A stretch of 62,638 nt of DNA, the filler included, from Nemertoderma westbladi (taxonomy: Eukaryota; Animalia; Xenacoelomorpha): assembly GCA_032718475.1 (NCBI GenBank). It is 3 parts of 3 records of this genome, joined end to end, with 100 filler letters (N's around TTAATTAATTAA, not from the genome) between each part and the next. Parts side by side here need not be neighbours in the genome. Positions count along the whole stretch, not along the records: positions 1 to 14,498 come from JAUCBJ010003800.1; 2 more parts are not named here. One strand, written 5' to 3'. Positions 1-12,327 of the stretch are shown here, in pieces. The translations under genes were made by a program, and so were the position numbers. Within the stretch, counting starts at the first letter, position 1. The number at the start of each line of letters is the position of its first letter. The notes under the pieces are model-generated. The model searched no databases, was not told where the DNA came from, and saw only the letters and a program-made list of their open reading frames with translations.

Positions 1-965
1 TATGAATATTCAATTGTTAGTTGTACATGCACCACCTAAGTCTGTAAGTGCTAACGCGGGATTTCCTTGGTAAGTGACACCATACCAGTGATTTCTGAAA
101 CTACCAATGTGCTAACTCAGTAACAGACTTTAGTAACACCAATTCTGCACCACCCGCAAGAGGGCTTAAGTGTTCTAAAGTGCTAACTTACTAAAAACAC
201 GAATAACAATAGTAATATTAGCAAAGTTAGGAGTTTGAAGTGATGGTATCTGTAAATCTTGAAAGATAATGATTAGGTGTTTTTGTGTTGAATATTTCAA
301 GACACCACACATCATAAAATCATAAATCACATCATTATTCGTTGTTTGGGATGTGAAAGGATATTGAATATATTATAATATTAAATATGTAATCATTTGT
401 TTCAAAAATATCTATATTTATTTAGTTTCAACAACGTCAATAGAATCAAAATATTTATGTTAAAATGTATGCAACATTACAGAACATAGTTTTCTAATGT
501 TTCTTATAGTGTTATTAATTGTTTGAAAATCAAGATGTTCAGAATAAATTTAAATTACATTATTTGAACGTTACAAATTGGTTGGTAACATTATTTCAAC
601 GTTTCAAATTGATTAGAAACTGAATTGGGGTTGGGGGGGTGTACACACCAAATTTTATACTACCAAATTTTTGCTAATTTCATTTGTGAAAATGTTCTCA
701 AACATATAAAATATATTCAATTAAAATATTTTATAACGTTCTATATTTTTCATTTTCAAAATAAAATAGAGAATCCTAAAAAAATGTTCTCCTTTTTAAA
801 CAATAGAACATACATTTCTGCATTTCCAATCGCTGATTTATCAGGCTACCAAAGGGGGTCAGAACCTTGATGCGCATATAAGACAATGAATGCTCGTATT
901 TATGGATGTATGTTACCACTATATGATTTCTGCTGACTGGAATTATTTATTTCTGAAACACATTG

Positions 966-2700
966 TCACCTATATTGTGATCTATGGTTGATTATAAAGC
1001 AATAAACACAATAAACGCAATAAATAGAATGCTGTGCCGGCTTGACGACAAAATTGAGCCACCACAAATCCCTATCACCCATGACATTTGCTAGATCATC
1101 CGAATCTTCAAGACCAGTGTCCTTTAAGATGCGTCTCAAGAAAGTCATGTGCTGTCCACCATGCTTATTCACTCCATGAGGTTGCCAAAGAACAAGATTA
1201 TGCACTGACTGGTCCACACGGCGAAAGCAATTTCCTGCAAAGCGGAGGCGGGTTTGTTCTAGTGTCAAGCCTGGGGGAACCAATGAGACACCTCCAATGT
1301 TATATAGTGTCTGGTTGGAGATGTGTGGATTGTACTTGACACAGTGAACCCGGCGTAGAATTCTTGTGAATGTGCCATCCAGAGATTTGGTGTCCTCAGC
1401 AGTTAGAGCCCAGCATGGACTCCCATAGAGGAGTACTGGAACTACTGCTGCTCTAAATATTCGGACCTTAAGTTTCCGATTAATTCTATGTGACTTCCAA
1501 ATCCTGGAAAGCCTATTCAAGGCTGCCCATGCCTTTCCCTTGCGTATTCGAAGGTCTTCACCTGACCTCCGGATCCATGAACCCAGGTGACAGAAGTCGC
1601 CCACATGCTCAAGCATACCATCCTTTGAGCTTATGCTCATCCGATCAGAGACTTGCTGAGAACTTTCAAAGTTAACTGTCAAAATTTTTGGTCTTTCCGG
1701 AGTTAATAAAGAGACCAACACTAGAAGCAGCATGTTCTAATGAGTTGAGGAGCCGTTGGGCTCCCTCTAGTGATTCTGAGAGTACTCCTAAGTCATCAGC
1801 ATGGCCTAGATCAGTTAGGTACTTGGCAGGATTTCCTCAATTTCTGGAGCCAGTAGGTGGATTTAACATCACCCCATCCTCATTATGATGATCTAAGGAC
1901 ATGCGTAGAACATAGTCAACCACAATTATGAACAAGAATGGTGCAAGTGTGTCTCCCTGGAGGACGCCCCATAACACTAAGAATGGTTCTGTGTCACCGT
2001 CAACAGTAGACACAAATGTTGTCGAACCATCGTATACTGATCTGATTGCTGCAATAATTTCATCAGGAATCCCATATAATGAAAGTATGCTGACCATACG
2101 TGAGCGAGAGACTGATTCAAAGGCCTTGAAGAAGTCAACAAAGATAACAGCCCGATGCCTGTCTTTCTTTTTTGATCACTCTCTTCAATTATCCTTCTAA
2201 GTAATGGGCTCCATGGTCTCACGACCTTTAAGGAACCCATTCTGATTTCCACGGAGCAGTCTCTCAATAATGGGATCCCTGATGCGATTTAATATAATTA
2301 TATTGTATAGCTTTGCAGCAATCGAGATCAATGAGATTCCCTGAAAAGAATCATAGAGTGTTAGGTTGCCCTTCTTGGGAACTGGCACCAACTTATTTGT
2401 TTTCATTTCTTGTGGGATTCTTGTTGTTTGGTACATGTCTTCTATGATGGGATAGATGAGCTTTAAACACTCAGGTATTTTAAAGACCTCAGGGGGAACA
2501 CCATCTACTCCACTGGCACGATTGGTCTTAATGCTCTTTGCAGCAGCCTTCACTTCTGCAAAGGAGATATCGCCAATGGGAATATCTGGGAGTACATACT
2601 CAGACACTTTTACTTCTTTAAAGTTATCGGACAATACCAATTCATTGATTGAGTTCATAATCATTGAATTAAATACACTGCATTCCGGGACATGGCTTAT
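966..2700 (-). mobile_element. RTE-clade non-LTR retrotransposon, decayed RT and C-terminal region (frameshifts and stops)
   Basis: Consecutive - strand ORF pieces with RT motifs: KTNRASGVDGVPPE, LVPVPKKG, NQNGF, GVLQGDTLAPFLFIIVVD, HADD (about 1792-1803), FCHLGSWI, LLYGSPCWAL, RLRFAGNCFRR. The 5' side stops at the insertion beginning at 2709. Confidence 0.9.
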
Positions 2701-2708
2701 TGGTTTTA

Positions 2709-3981
2709 TGTGGGGCGAGCCACGAAGTTGGCGGAGCCTTAGCGAATTGACACTGTTAGGGGGTGGGTCAATTTATGCAAATAGTTGTCGTCGTCGTCGT
2801 CGTCGTCGTTGTCGTCGTCGTCGTTGTCGTCGTCGTCGTTGTCGTCGTCGTTACGATTTTGACATGCTAATAACTTTGTCGGATTTAAAGCTGCCAAGTT
2901 GAAAATTTGTAGGTATCAATATAAGCAAAAGTTGAGATTTTTGAGAGACTTTCAGACACCATCAGTGCAATGGTCTCCCGCTAGAGGGCCACATGTCTAA
3001 ACATTAAATGGCCACCCATTTCTTTGCTTTTAATCCGTTTAAGCTGAAACTTGGGAAGTATGTACTAGACCATTAGCTGTAAATTTCAAAGGAGGCTAAT
3101 CTGTCTGCAGTTCTCCAGTCTGCCGCTAGAGGGCGAAATGTCCCGAATGTGAAATTATTCTTCCATTTAGTTGTTTATGATCTGATTACGCTGAAACTTG
3201 TCATATATGTACTAGATGACATCCTGAGTCTTTGTGTGGATTGTAATCGGTCCGAAGTTTTCCAGTCTCCCGCTAGAGGGCCACATGTCTAAACATTAAA
3301 TGGCCACCCATTTCTTTGCTTTTAATCCGTTTAAGCTGAAACTTGGGAAGTATGTACTAGACCATTAGCTGTAAATTTCAAAGGAGGCTAATCTGTCTGC
3401 AGTTCTCCAGTCTGCCGCTAGAGGGCGAAATGTCCCGAATGTGAAATTATTCTTCCATTTAGTTGTTTATGATCTGATTACGCTGAAACTTGTCATATAT
3501 GTACTAGAAGACATCCTAAGTCTTTGTGTGGACAGTAATCGGTCCGGAGTTTTCGAGTCTGCCGCTAGAGGGCGAAATGTAGGAAAGTGATAACCTTTGC
3601 GAATTCCTTGATCTTAATCTATTTAAGCTGAATTTTGGAATATACAGTACCGGTATGTACTAGACCACATGCCTCGTCTTTGTGAGGAAGGTGATCGATC
3701 CGTAGTTCTTTAATATGCCGCTAGAGGGCTAAATGTATGAAAGTGAAAACCTTCCAACATTTCGTTATTTATGATCCGTCAATCGGAAACTTGGTAGATA
3801 TGTAATAGACCATAGGCTGTGGCTTTGTAGGGAAACTAATCCTTCCTTCTTCAGTTACCCAGTCTCCCGCTAGAGGGTTAACGTTTTCCGGGAAAATCTT
3901 CTCCTATGTTTTTATAATCCTTTCGAGTTGATACTTAGCATTAACTCATTTCACGTGCTGCGCGAAGGCCCCACTTCGTGT
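2709..3981 (+). mobile_element. Non-autonomous Helentron/HINE-like element, family A, copy 1
   Basis: 5' end TGTGGGGCGAGCCACGAAG, then a (GTC)n microsatellite, about 146-bp tandem units, and the 3' end CACGTGCTGCGCGAAGGCCCCACTTCGTGT (short IR to the 5' end plus CGAAG/CTTCG hairpin). No TSD. Near-identical ends at 59311-61248. Confidence 0.7.
2785..2851. repeat. (GTC)n microsatellite inside HINE-like element
   Basis: gttgtcgtcgtc... run; the same run occurs at about 59387-59447. Confidence 0.95.
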
Positions 3982-5719
3982 ATGTATTTACAGAGGTTTT
4001 AAGTTTTGACCTCGAAAAGACCAAGAATAGCAGCAGTGTGCAATAATGGGTAAGAAATTGGTGACACATTTTCAAAATGCTTGTAGCAATTTACGTTATA
4101 GCAGTATATGTAAAAAATAAATTTGAGATTGCACGAAATTTGACATACAGAATGACCTCTCTATTTTCTGGAAAAGGAAACTTATTGCAAGGATTAAGGA
4201 TTTAGAATAATATATAATTATGAGAATAAATTAATTAATGGTTGTGATTATGGCCCGAGGCAAAGTTTCTCAGTTGATTAGTATCAGTATGGTATTCAGA
4301 CTACCATTAACAGTAATAAAAAGTCATGACTTTGGTCATTGCGTTGTAGCAGTAGGCCTAGCATTTATATACAATCAAACCTCAGTCAGTCCTTTCACAA
4401 TTTGTTCAGTCGAAGTTGTGCATCTGCTAGCATATGAAAGTCAGGGCAATTTTATCCACAAAGTCTGTATTTGTAACTGTAGGCCTACAGTAGTGGCAGT
4501 GTACAGTATGGGTGGGATACCTTGCTTAATAAGAAATTAGTTTTATATCGAAAAGTTTCCACCGAGCTCAGAACTGCAGTCTCCATACTGCTAGTGTCTG
4601 AGCTATTGTTCGCATATTTGGTCGTAATTCATAATGGCTCATACACAGTAGTTTCTTTATATAAGAAATTGAACGAATCTTTTCATTGCATACAGTTTTT
4701 GGCTTGTTACCACCGAAGGCTCCTCTCTTGGGAATAGATTTAGTTGACTTTTTGCAAAATTGATTGATGGCGATTATTTTTGGAAACTAAGATCAGTTCG
4801 CTAATTATTTTGTTACATTATGTCAACTTAACAGCGTTCTGGTGAATTACACGTAACGCTGCAAAGTACTACTTTGCAGCGTTGCGGCCTATAGGACGGA
4901 ACGTTGCAAAGTAATCAATGACATGGAAACAACTTAAATTACCGTATTCCAGAATGTATTATTTCCATTTATGTTAATGTGGGCTGATTTATTATCCAGT
5001 TTGCAGTGACGGGACAAGCTACTGTATTAAATAATTGTTTTAACGTGTACTGTAATCCATTATGGTGAAACGTCCAATAGAAGACACTAAAATGACCAAA
5101 GAAAATGAAGACAGTGTTCAGTAAAACTGAACGGACACAGACGGTGCCTAAGTTTGCTTCAGTCGACTATAGTCAAGATGGATTAACGATTTATCACAAT
5201 TAATTAATTTATGTTGTGACTGTGTGCTTTACCGGTATGGTTTTTGTCTTTTAAACAAGTAGGCCTACTCATAGACTGCATGGCTCACAAGTTTTTGTCT
5301 TCTCAATATATATTTCCATATTGTTGTCATTCGATTTCCCATCACGTTTTCAGGACTTTTATCAGCTTTTAAGAGCACATCTGTCACAGCCTATGTCATT
5401 TACAGTTGGATTTATCAGTTGAATTACCTAAATTGTGACCAGTACATTATGTACTTCTCTCTTACATTTAACATCAGTGTTTTGACATGATAGTGTCACA
5501 TGCTGTTTTCGTTTTTGTTATCCTATGGTAATGTAATTCTTTGCTGATTCCTTGTTTGCTTATTCTGCTAATTTCGAAATTTAAATGTGTTGCAGTTAGA
5601 ATATCAGCAATGATGCATATAAATTTAATAATACATGAATGAAGGGATGATTGGTGAAGGGGGGGGGGGGGGGGGGGGGGGGTATAACATGGATAAAACA
5701 TAACAAAAAGTAAACTTAC

Positions 5720-5852
5720 TGGTATAACAGGTCTGACAGATCTAACTCGAGGTTCGTAGGGTGTGTGGGTTAATTGAATGAGATTCGCATATTCTCCAGG
5801 CCCAACCACTTTAGAATATCCAGTAAATTTATCTCCAGTATATAATATCCAT
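5720..5852 (-). CDS. Exon of a beta/gamma-crystallin (Greek key) domain protein
   Basis: cctgcag acceptor and gtaagt donor; encodes WILYTGDKFTGYSKVVGPGEYANLIQLTHTPYEPRVRSVRPVIP (WxxY..F.G...GeY...SvRp pattern). Phase-2 start matches the end of exon 12328-12425. Confidence 0.8.
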
Positions 5853-6429
5853 CTGCAGGATGTAATACAATTCATATTAATTTTACCGAATATTATTATA
5901 TATTACATTCTAACATGTATAGATTGTTTAAATGAAAATTATATGTAATTTACACAGAACTTCTGGATACTGGATAATCAACTATACAGGACGTGAAAAG
6001 GTCCACATTGTAGGAAGACACAGGTTCAATTTCCACTGAGGGCGAATTCAGAGTTTTTTATGAAATGTCATGTTTAAATTACGTAATATTTACGTAGTAA
6101 TATTTGATTATGTTTTAATGTTTGATAATATTATATAATTTGTATTAAGATAAACCTGAAATGCTGAAAATTGAATTGTGGTGAAATAAAGTTGTCGACA
6201 AACAGCTTAAAATGATGGAACTGCGTTCGAAGTGGCTTTTGCTTATAAGGCAGGGAGGGCGCCACACTAACTCTCAAGAGTGAACTCTCATAAATATTCA
6301 ACCAATTTTCTTTATTTCCCCAGCAGCTGAAGCCAGGTTCCCTTCCCATATCACTGAGATGGCTCTCCACAAGATCAAACCCATGACCACCACCCATCTA
6401 GAAGAAAAGCGAATTAAAACTCCACCAGC

Positions 6430-6798
6430 GTGATGGTGAAATTTATGTTTGTCTCAAACTATATGAATTCTATCACCATCGATGTGTTTCATCGTCTCGG
6501 TGTTAGAAATAAATTGGCTCCTGGGAAAATCGACTGGGAAATGATAATTCGTTTCTTTGGGTACAATACTCGTACAATAGCTCTCCGACACCAATCACTT
6601 CTACCGAAAGGAATCTTTGTCACCGAACACTTAACTAAACTACGTGCCGAGATCCTGAATGCCGCCCTGAAAATAAAGAAAGACCGCCGTATCCATTCGG
6701 TATATTCCTACAACGGGGATATAATGATTAAAAAAACCAAAAATGATCCCCTACAATGCATATCCGTTTTTTTTTTATCTATTACTATTAGTAAGTGA
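6430..6798 (+). mobile_element. LINE ORF1p (RRM/CTD, Transposase_22-like) C-terminal fragment
   Basis: HRLG...IIRF...IFVTEHLTKLRAEIL...VYSYNGDIMIK, typical of CR1/L2/L1-type ORF1. Confidence 0.7.
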
Positions 6799-7199
6799 TT
6801 GCACCATCAACTACACGGAACAACGTCTTCCCTTGGATATGGGTATCCGATACATACTGTATAATGTTATTAGTGTATAAATTGAGCGGATAGTACTGTA
6901 CTCGAATCTGGATCGAACTGAACCGAACTGGATCGAAAGAGTGGCGAACTGAAAGCTAAATGAAGGCTAAATGAAAGATAATCTAAAAAAACCATCCATG
7001 CAGACAGGTGAAAATTAATATTGAATTTCATTTGGTCTTTTCATACATTATAAATTTAGTTGCGTATAAAATGTCGCTAAATTAAGATTACTTTTAACCA
7101 GTAGGCCTACCGGTAGCAGGTATACCGGGTTTATAGATTGCAGTATTTTGCATAGCGGCAGTCAGGTAGTTGTGTTCAATGCAACAATGATAGCAGTAA

Positions 7200-7514
7200 T
7201 GTTTGATTATATTTTTTACACTGGGAACACGGTGGTCGGTCGGATCGTAATGCGGGCCGCTGTCGAGGTTCTTACTCCGGTCACAGAGTGCGACGGGAAG
7301 AGTCAGACTTACGTCGACGAGGAATGCGATGCGATCTGGGTTTAGTGTTTAGCGGCGGACCGGATCACCTTGCAGCCTTGGGGGAGGGGTTGAACGTCTG
7401 CGTCTGACAGACGAATTACATTCTCTGCGACGCGAAAGTGGGAGGCCAGTTCCAATTCGTTATCGAATTGGGTTGGAAGCTGCGGCCTGCGGGACCGGGA
7501 ATTCTACTGGGTAC
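7200..7514 (+). pseudogene. ALDH3: Captured ALDH3-family aldehyde dehydrogenase fragment, 5' part
   Basis: [43 protein letters not shown] matches the ALDH3A pattern [44 protein letters not shown]; followed by degraded AWG..LN, NYILCD and EFY segments. Confidence 0.85.
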
Positions 7515-7818
7515 ACGGGTGCTTAGATCGTGGCTTTTCCAGTTAACATTATTCCATTTTGTATAAAACAAGTGATGTGGTTGGAGAAAGCTGCCACTAA
7601 CTTTACTAAGCAGCAACCAATCGCGTTAATCCTGTTTAACTGTCAATGATAATGGAATATTGCTAACATCAAAAAGTTCAGGTTAACATTATTCCATATC
7701 TCAGTATCTGTATTTACTATTCTATTAGGCCCTACACCTACCCTTGAGACTGGCCTTGTCTGTCTCATTATAGAAGTTATACCGAAAGCATTCAGGCGTC
7801 AGGCAGAAGAACAGTAAG

Positions 7819-9877
7819 TACACGTTCGTGGGGCCTTCGCGCAGCACGAGGCCCAGTTATGAGATACAAATTAAAACTGAGCGACTGTATCACAAAATCA
7901 GTATTTGAGAAATTTACCCACACCACCAATCAATTAAAGAAAGGGGTACAGTACGTGTTCAGCCCTTTTAATCTGCACCCCCCCCCCCCCCCACCCTTCC
8001 CACCCACCAATACATAACCGCGAAATCTACCGCCCACGGAAGGGTAGCACGAACTTATTTCCAATCGCACGTTCAATATGCAAAGCCAGGTGGTTTATAG
8101 GAATATAATAAACGCAGTACTCGTTTTCATTATAAGCCTCGTTGCGTTCGTCCTGTTTTGTATTTAAATATATTTCTTAAATGCAGGCTAGGAGGATCTT
8201 TATAATAATAATAACTAGGGATGCGATCAATGTGTGAAGCCAGGTGGTTTATATAATAATATAGTCAACGCAGTACTCGTCTTCTTTATAAGCCTCGTTG
8301 TGCTCGTCCTGTTTTGTATTTAAATATATTTCCTAAACGCAGACTGACGATCTTTATAATGCGTTCAATAGGCGAAGCCAGGTATGGTTTTGGTTTATAG
8401 GAATATAGTCTACGCAGCACTCGTCCTCATGAGCCCGATAGTGTGGCAATGTAGACTGGTAGATGCAGCAGTTGCACCCGACCAGCCGGAAACACGGAGC
8501 AATAGGCCTACTGCTTGTACAATGCGTGTCAATTTCAATACCGCCGGGCACTGGGCGCTGGGTGATAGCAGAGTGAGATTAAAAGACCGAATTATTTCAT
8601 CCTCGGTTACGGTTAGTCCAGTTTGCCCGTAGCGGCAGCGATACCGAAAGTTGAGGTAACAGACAGAGGCGGCCTTGGTGGTGAGTTGTTTGATTTCAAT
8701 TCCAACACTTTTCTGGGCAGCTGGGTAGACTCTGGTGGTAGTGGGTACCTGAACTAAGAATGCCAGTCAGCTGGTTAGTCCGCATAACTTCCCTGGTTGC
8801 AGTTGCCTGGTTGCCGAGTCCAGAGTCGATGGATGGTTGGTAGGAGGGGTAGGCCTATTGCTATTGTTGTATTGGCAGATTGGTAGGTATGTACCGGTAC
8901 ATCTAGATCTGATTATACCAGTTCTGCAGTTGCCGGTGCCGTCGTAGTATACGTTGGCCGGTGGCCGGTGCCGTCGTATACATAGTCTTTAATTAACATA
9001 TTAATCCGTTAACAATGAGCAGAAACCGTAAACGAAGAAATTAATTTTCTTTCATCGCTGACAGGAGCGTAGAAATGCGGTATAGCAGTATAGTGCTGTC
9101 GTAGTTCAGTACCGTACCAGTAGTTCTGTAGTTGGCAATTGCTACCAGTCCGGTTCTACAGTCTGACAGTACCGGTAGTACATTAGTAGGCAGGTAGGGC
9201 AGTAGGGCGGACGGCGCCAACGGACCCTCTAAACTAATCCAGGACCGCAGTCCAGCAGTCCACACTGCAGTGCATGGCGAAGTACTGAATGCAGGAATGA
9301 GGGCCTACAAAATTAGGCCTGTCTTGTACTGCTGTACCAGTAACCAGTCAGCCAGTATACCGGTATACCGGTACGTGATCTATAATCACTGCACCGGTAC
9401 CGCGGTACCAGTCAGCCAGTACCGTAAAACACCGAACACAGTCAGTATGGTATTGCAGTACTGCAGTATTGTCTGATTGCAGGATTCCTGATTCCTGGAT
9501 TCAGTGATTGAGTATAGTACCGGTACAGGCAAACAGGCCACAATGGTATTACTGTAATTTCGTAATTTGCCAGAAACCCAGCTGATTTAGTCTCCTAGCA
9601 ACCCGCTGATGTCAAGCGTTAAAATTTTGGATAAATCAATTTATTATAACTGTAAGACAGTTACACTGGTGCTGCACGAAGGCCCCAAACAAATTCAACT
9701 TGGAAAATTTCTAAACTTTTGACTGACTATTTGTCTACCAAGTTTGGTTACATTTCATAGAGGATTGATCGAGTTATTAACGTTCAAAATTGAACACTGC
9801 AAAAAAAGCGACAGAACTACAGGTTGATTAATGGTACCCCTACGCTAATGCTCACTCACTTCGTGGCTCGCCCCACA
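7819..9877 (-). mobile_element. HINE-like element, family B, copy 1
   Basis: Reverse complement begins TGTGGGGCGAGCCACGAAGTGAGTGAGC and ends GTGCTGCGCGAAGGCCCCACGAACGTGTA; both terminal blocks of several hundred bp align with 50975-54389; internal tandem duplication at about 8080-8420. Confidence 0.7.
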
Positions 9878-10033
9878 GCAAAGCAAATTATTAAGAATTG
9901 AAGCAACAGTATTTACTGTAATCTAGTAGCCAATACCTAATACTGTAATAAATAGCAGGTTTTGTTAATTCAATACTTTAAGACTTAAAGGGGCCTTATT
10001 CTTTCTCATGGAACAGTAGTTACATGGCTGCAT

Positions 10034-10261
10034 GTGAGCAGTAAAGAGACCATTAAAAAAGTAGTGGAATGTAATTTATGTGATAAGAAGTACACAACAA
10101 CCTCTGTGTTATTGAGACACAAACAAAAAATTGATAAAAGGAGAACCAACAGCGAAACTAAACCATTTCCACGTTGTCCAGCCTGCCAGCACTGTTCTTT
10201 TTGCTGCTCGCGCATGTGTCGGGAATGCTACAGACATACCTTGGACCAATTGAATGGATAG
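10034..10261 (+). pseudogene. Degenerate C2H2 zinc-finger fragment inside the inner Mutator-like element
   Basis: CNLCDKKYTTTSVLLRHKQKI followed by CPAC; the second His is lost. Confidence 0.5.
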
Positions 10262-10982
10262 GATGTAGCGTTTGCACGGGTGTAAGTAAACACAACGCCG
10301 ACAACTGGCAACCACTGCCGACAACAGCAAATATGAAAATGTAACCTGAGTTCGTACTCTCGTTTATTGTTTTGGTTAGACTAACCTTCCACTGTAACCT
10401 GTTCCTTTCTCTCAATTAATAAATAAATTTCGGGGTGACGAACTGGATATGCGAGACCTGTATTTTGCCCACATTGCATATTACTACGTGGCAAGTACTT
10501 CAATGAGATATTGCTGTATTGTATAAGTAGGCCTAAAGTATGTTTATTACTAAACCATAGACTTTTAACTATAAATATTTCATTTAGCCTACAGTTTACA
10601 TCATTGTAATTAAACTAATCCACTTAAACTACATATGGTTATTTTTTATCTGTGCATATACAGTACATATTATGCCTGGTATTGTACCATCAGACCATAT
10701 AATATTATATGGCTTACTCGATTACTAACTGAAACTGACTAACACTAGCAGGTAGCAGGTTAATTGCTGTAATATCTGATTACTTTGGAATAATGGTAAC
10801 CTGAACTTTTTGAAGTTAGCAATATTCCATTCTCATTGACTCTGTGTTAAACAGGATTAACGTGATTGGTTGCTGCTTAGTAGCAGCCCCTAGCAGGTTT
10901 CTCCAACCACATCACTTGTTTTATACAAAATGGAATAATGTTAACTGGAAAAACCAAGATCTAAGCTCCCGTTACTGGGTAC

Positions 10983-11278
10983 AGGGATAATCCGTAGTGC
11001 AAGTGTGGTCGGCGATTACAGACAGATAAACCCCCCGAAGCATTTCGATCGAGTTTCTCGATTTCTCGAGACGGATAGAGACTTGGTTGTTTTGGGCGGG
11101 AATACCGCATAACGTACCCGTACCGAGAGCTCAGATCTGTTTATAAGTCCGATGGTGTTAGTCAGGGTGGATGGGTTGTCGGGAATCATGGAAGAAGAAA
11201 TGATCGGCCCGTTCCTTCCGGTTATTTGTGTCTCGTGTCTCCATTGGCAGATTGGAAGAAGCCGTTGAATCTGTTAAT
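10983..11278 (+). pseudogene. ALDH3: Captured ALDH3 fragment, 3' part (continues 7200-7514)
   Basis: KHFDRV..., VVLGG, DLFISPMVLVRVDGLSGIMEEEMIGPFLPVICV..LEEAVESVN corresponds to ALDH3A RYIAPTILTDVDPxSxVMQEEIFGPVLPIVxVxSLEEAIxFIN. Confidence 0.85.
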
Positions 11279-12327
11279 ATAACTATTATATGTACTACTG
11301 TATAACTATAACCTATTAATTACTGTGTAGGAGGTAGATTGTAGATTATAAATACAGTACGTACGTGCTACCGGTAGGCCTACTGGTAAAAGCAGTACAT
11401 CAATGTTTTATGTGAAGTAAGTAATCTTAATTTAGCGACATCTTATACGCAACTAAATTTATAATGTATGAAATGACCAAATTACATTCACTATTAATGT
11501 TCACCTGTCTGCATGGATGGTTGTTTGAGATTATCTTTCATTTGGCGGTTCAGTTCGCCACTCTTTCGATCCAGTTCGGTTCAGTTCGGTCCAGATTCGA
11601 GTACAGTACTATCCAAAATGAGCTAACCACCCAGTAGTTACTTTGACTGCATATCATATCATACTATAAGTCGGTATATAAGATATAGACATTATATATG
11701 CATTTTCATATGTATTACTTATTTAATTTTTTATGTTTTTTTCTCTCTGCTGTTGTTTCGTATTCACGTAGAAGATAAATACATGCAACCAGAAGTTTTT
11801 AGATTTTCTGAGATATTTACTTATATTCTAAAGTTATAAACTAAAGTTATATACTAAAGTTAATTCTGAGGTTATTATTTAGTTTCGGTGTATATTAATT
11901 ATTATCATTATTTTGTCTAAAGTATTCCATATTAATTAAAAACTAATGGTCCCCGCTGGTGGCGAATTCATTTTTTCCGCTCCATTTGCTATAGAGTTGA
12001 ATCATCCTTAGTCCTGTTTAACTACTTAATAAATTAAAAACTAATGTATTTAATATTACGATAGGCCTAGTTGATTAGATTTTTTAATTTTTAATTTTTT
12101 TTTATTTTTTGAATAGATTAGATTTTTATTGAAAATAGGTTGGCGGGGAATTTAAATGCAACCACCGAGTTTTTATATAAAATATTAGGAAGATAGATAA
12201 TGAATCACATAATAAATTACAGTTTAAAGGTAGTGGTCTATTTTACTCTCAAGTTGTGTAGACAGGTTATAGGTTATTTAATATCATCTATAATAAATAA
12301 TAATGTAGGCATATAGTTCAAACTAAC

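Larger units (their letters stand above)
7515..10972. mobile_element. Second Mutator-like element, inserted into the ALDH3 fragment
   Basis: About 170-bp TIRs (7515-7686 vs 10797-10972); perfect 10-bp TSD TACTGGGTAC at 7505-7514 and 10973-10982. Confidence 0.85.
6888..11614. mobile_element. Non-autonomous Mutator-like (Pack-MULE-like) element, outer
   Basis: About 230-bp TIRs (6888-7118 vs 11367-11614, GGATAGTACTGTACTCGAATCTGG...); 9-bp TSD AAATTGAGC / AAAATGAGC (8 of 9 match). Confidence 0.8.

Noticed and set aside
5954-6060. Additional crystallin exon (…FTSCIVDYPVSRSSV with a phase-2 gtaaat donor)
   Set aside because: No convincing in-frame AG acceptor and a weak motif match; exon 12328-12425 fits much better. 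A decayed or alternative exon cannot be excluded.
2709-9877. A single 7.2-kb TIR transposon bounded by TGTGGGGCGAGCCACGAAGT inverted repeats and carrying a crystallin exon
   Set aside because: No TSD, and the right end lies inside two TSD-defined elements (6888-11614, 7515-10972) that extend beyond it. The two ends are separate HINE-like 5' termini.
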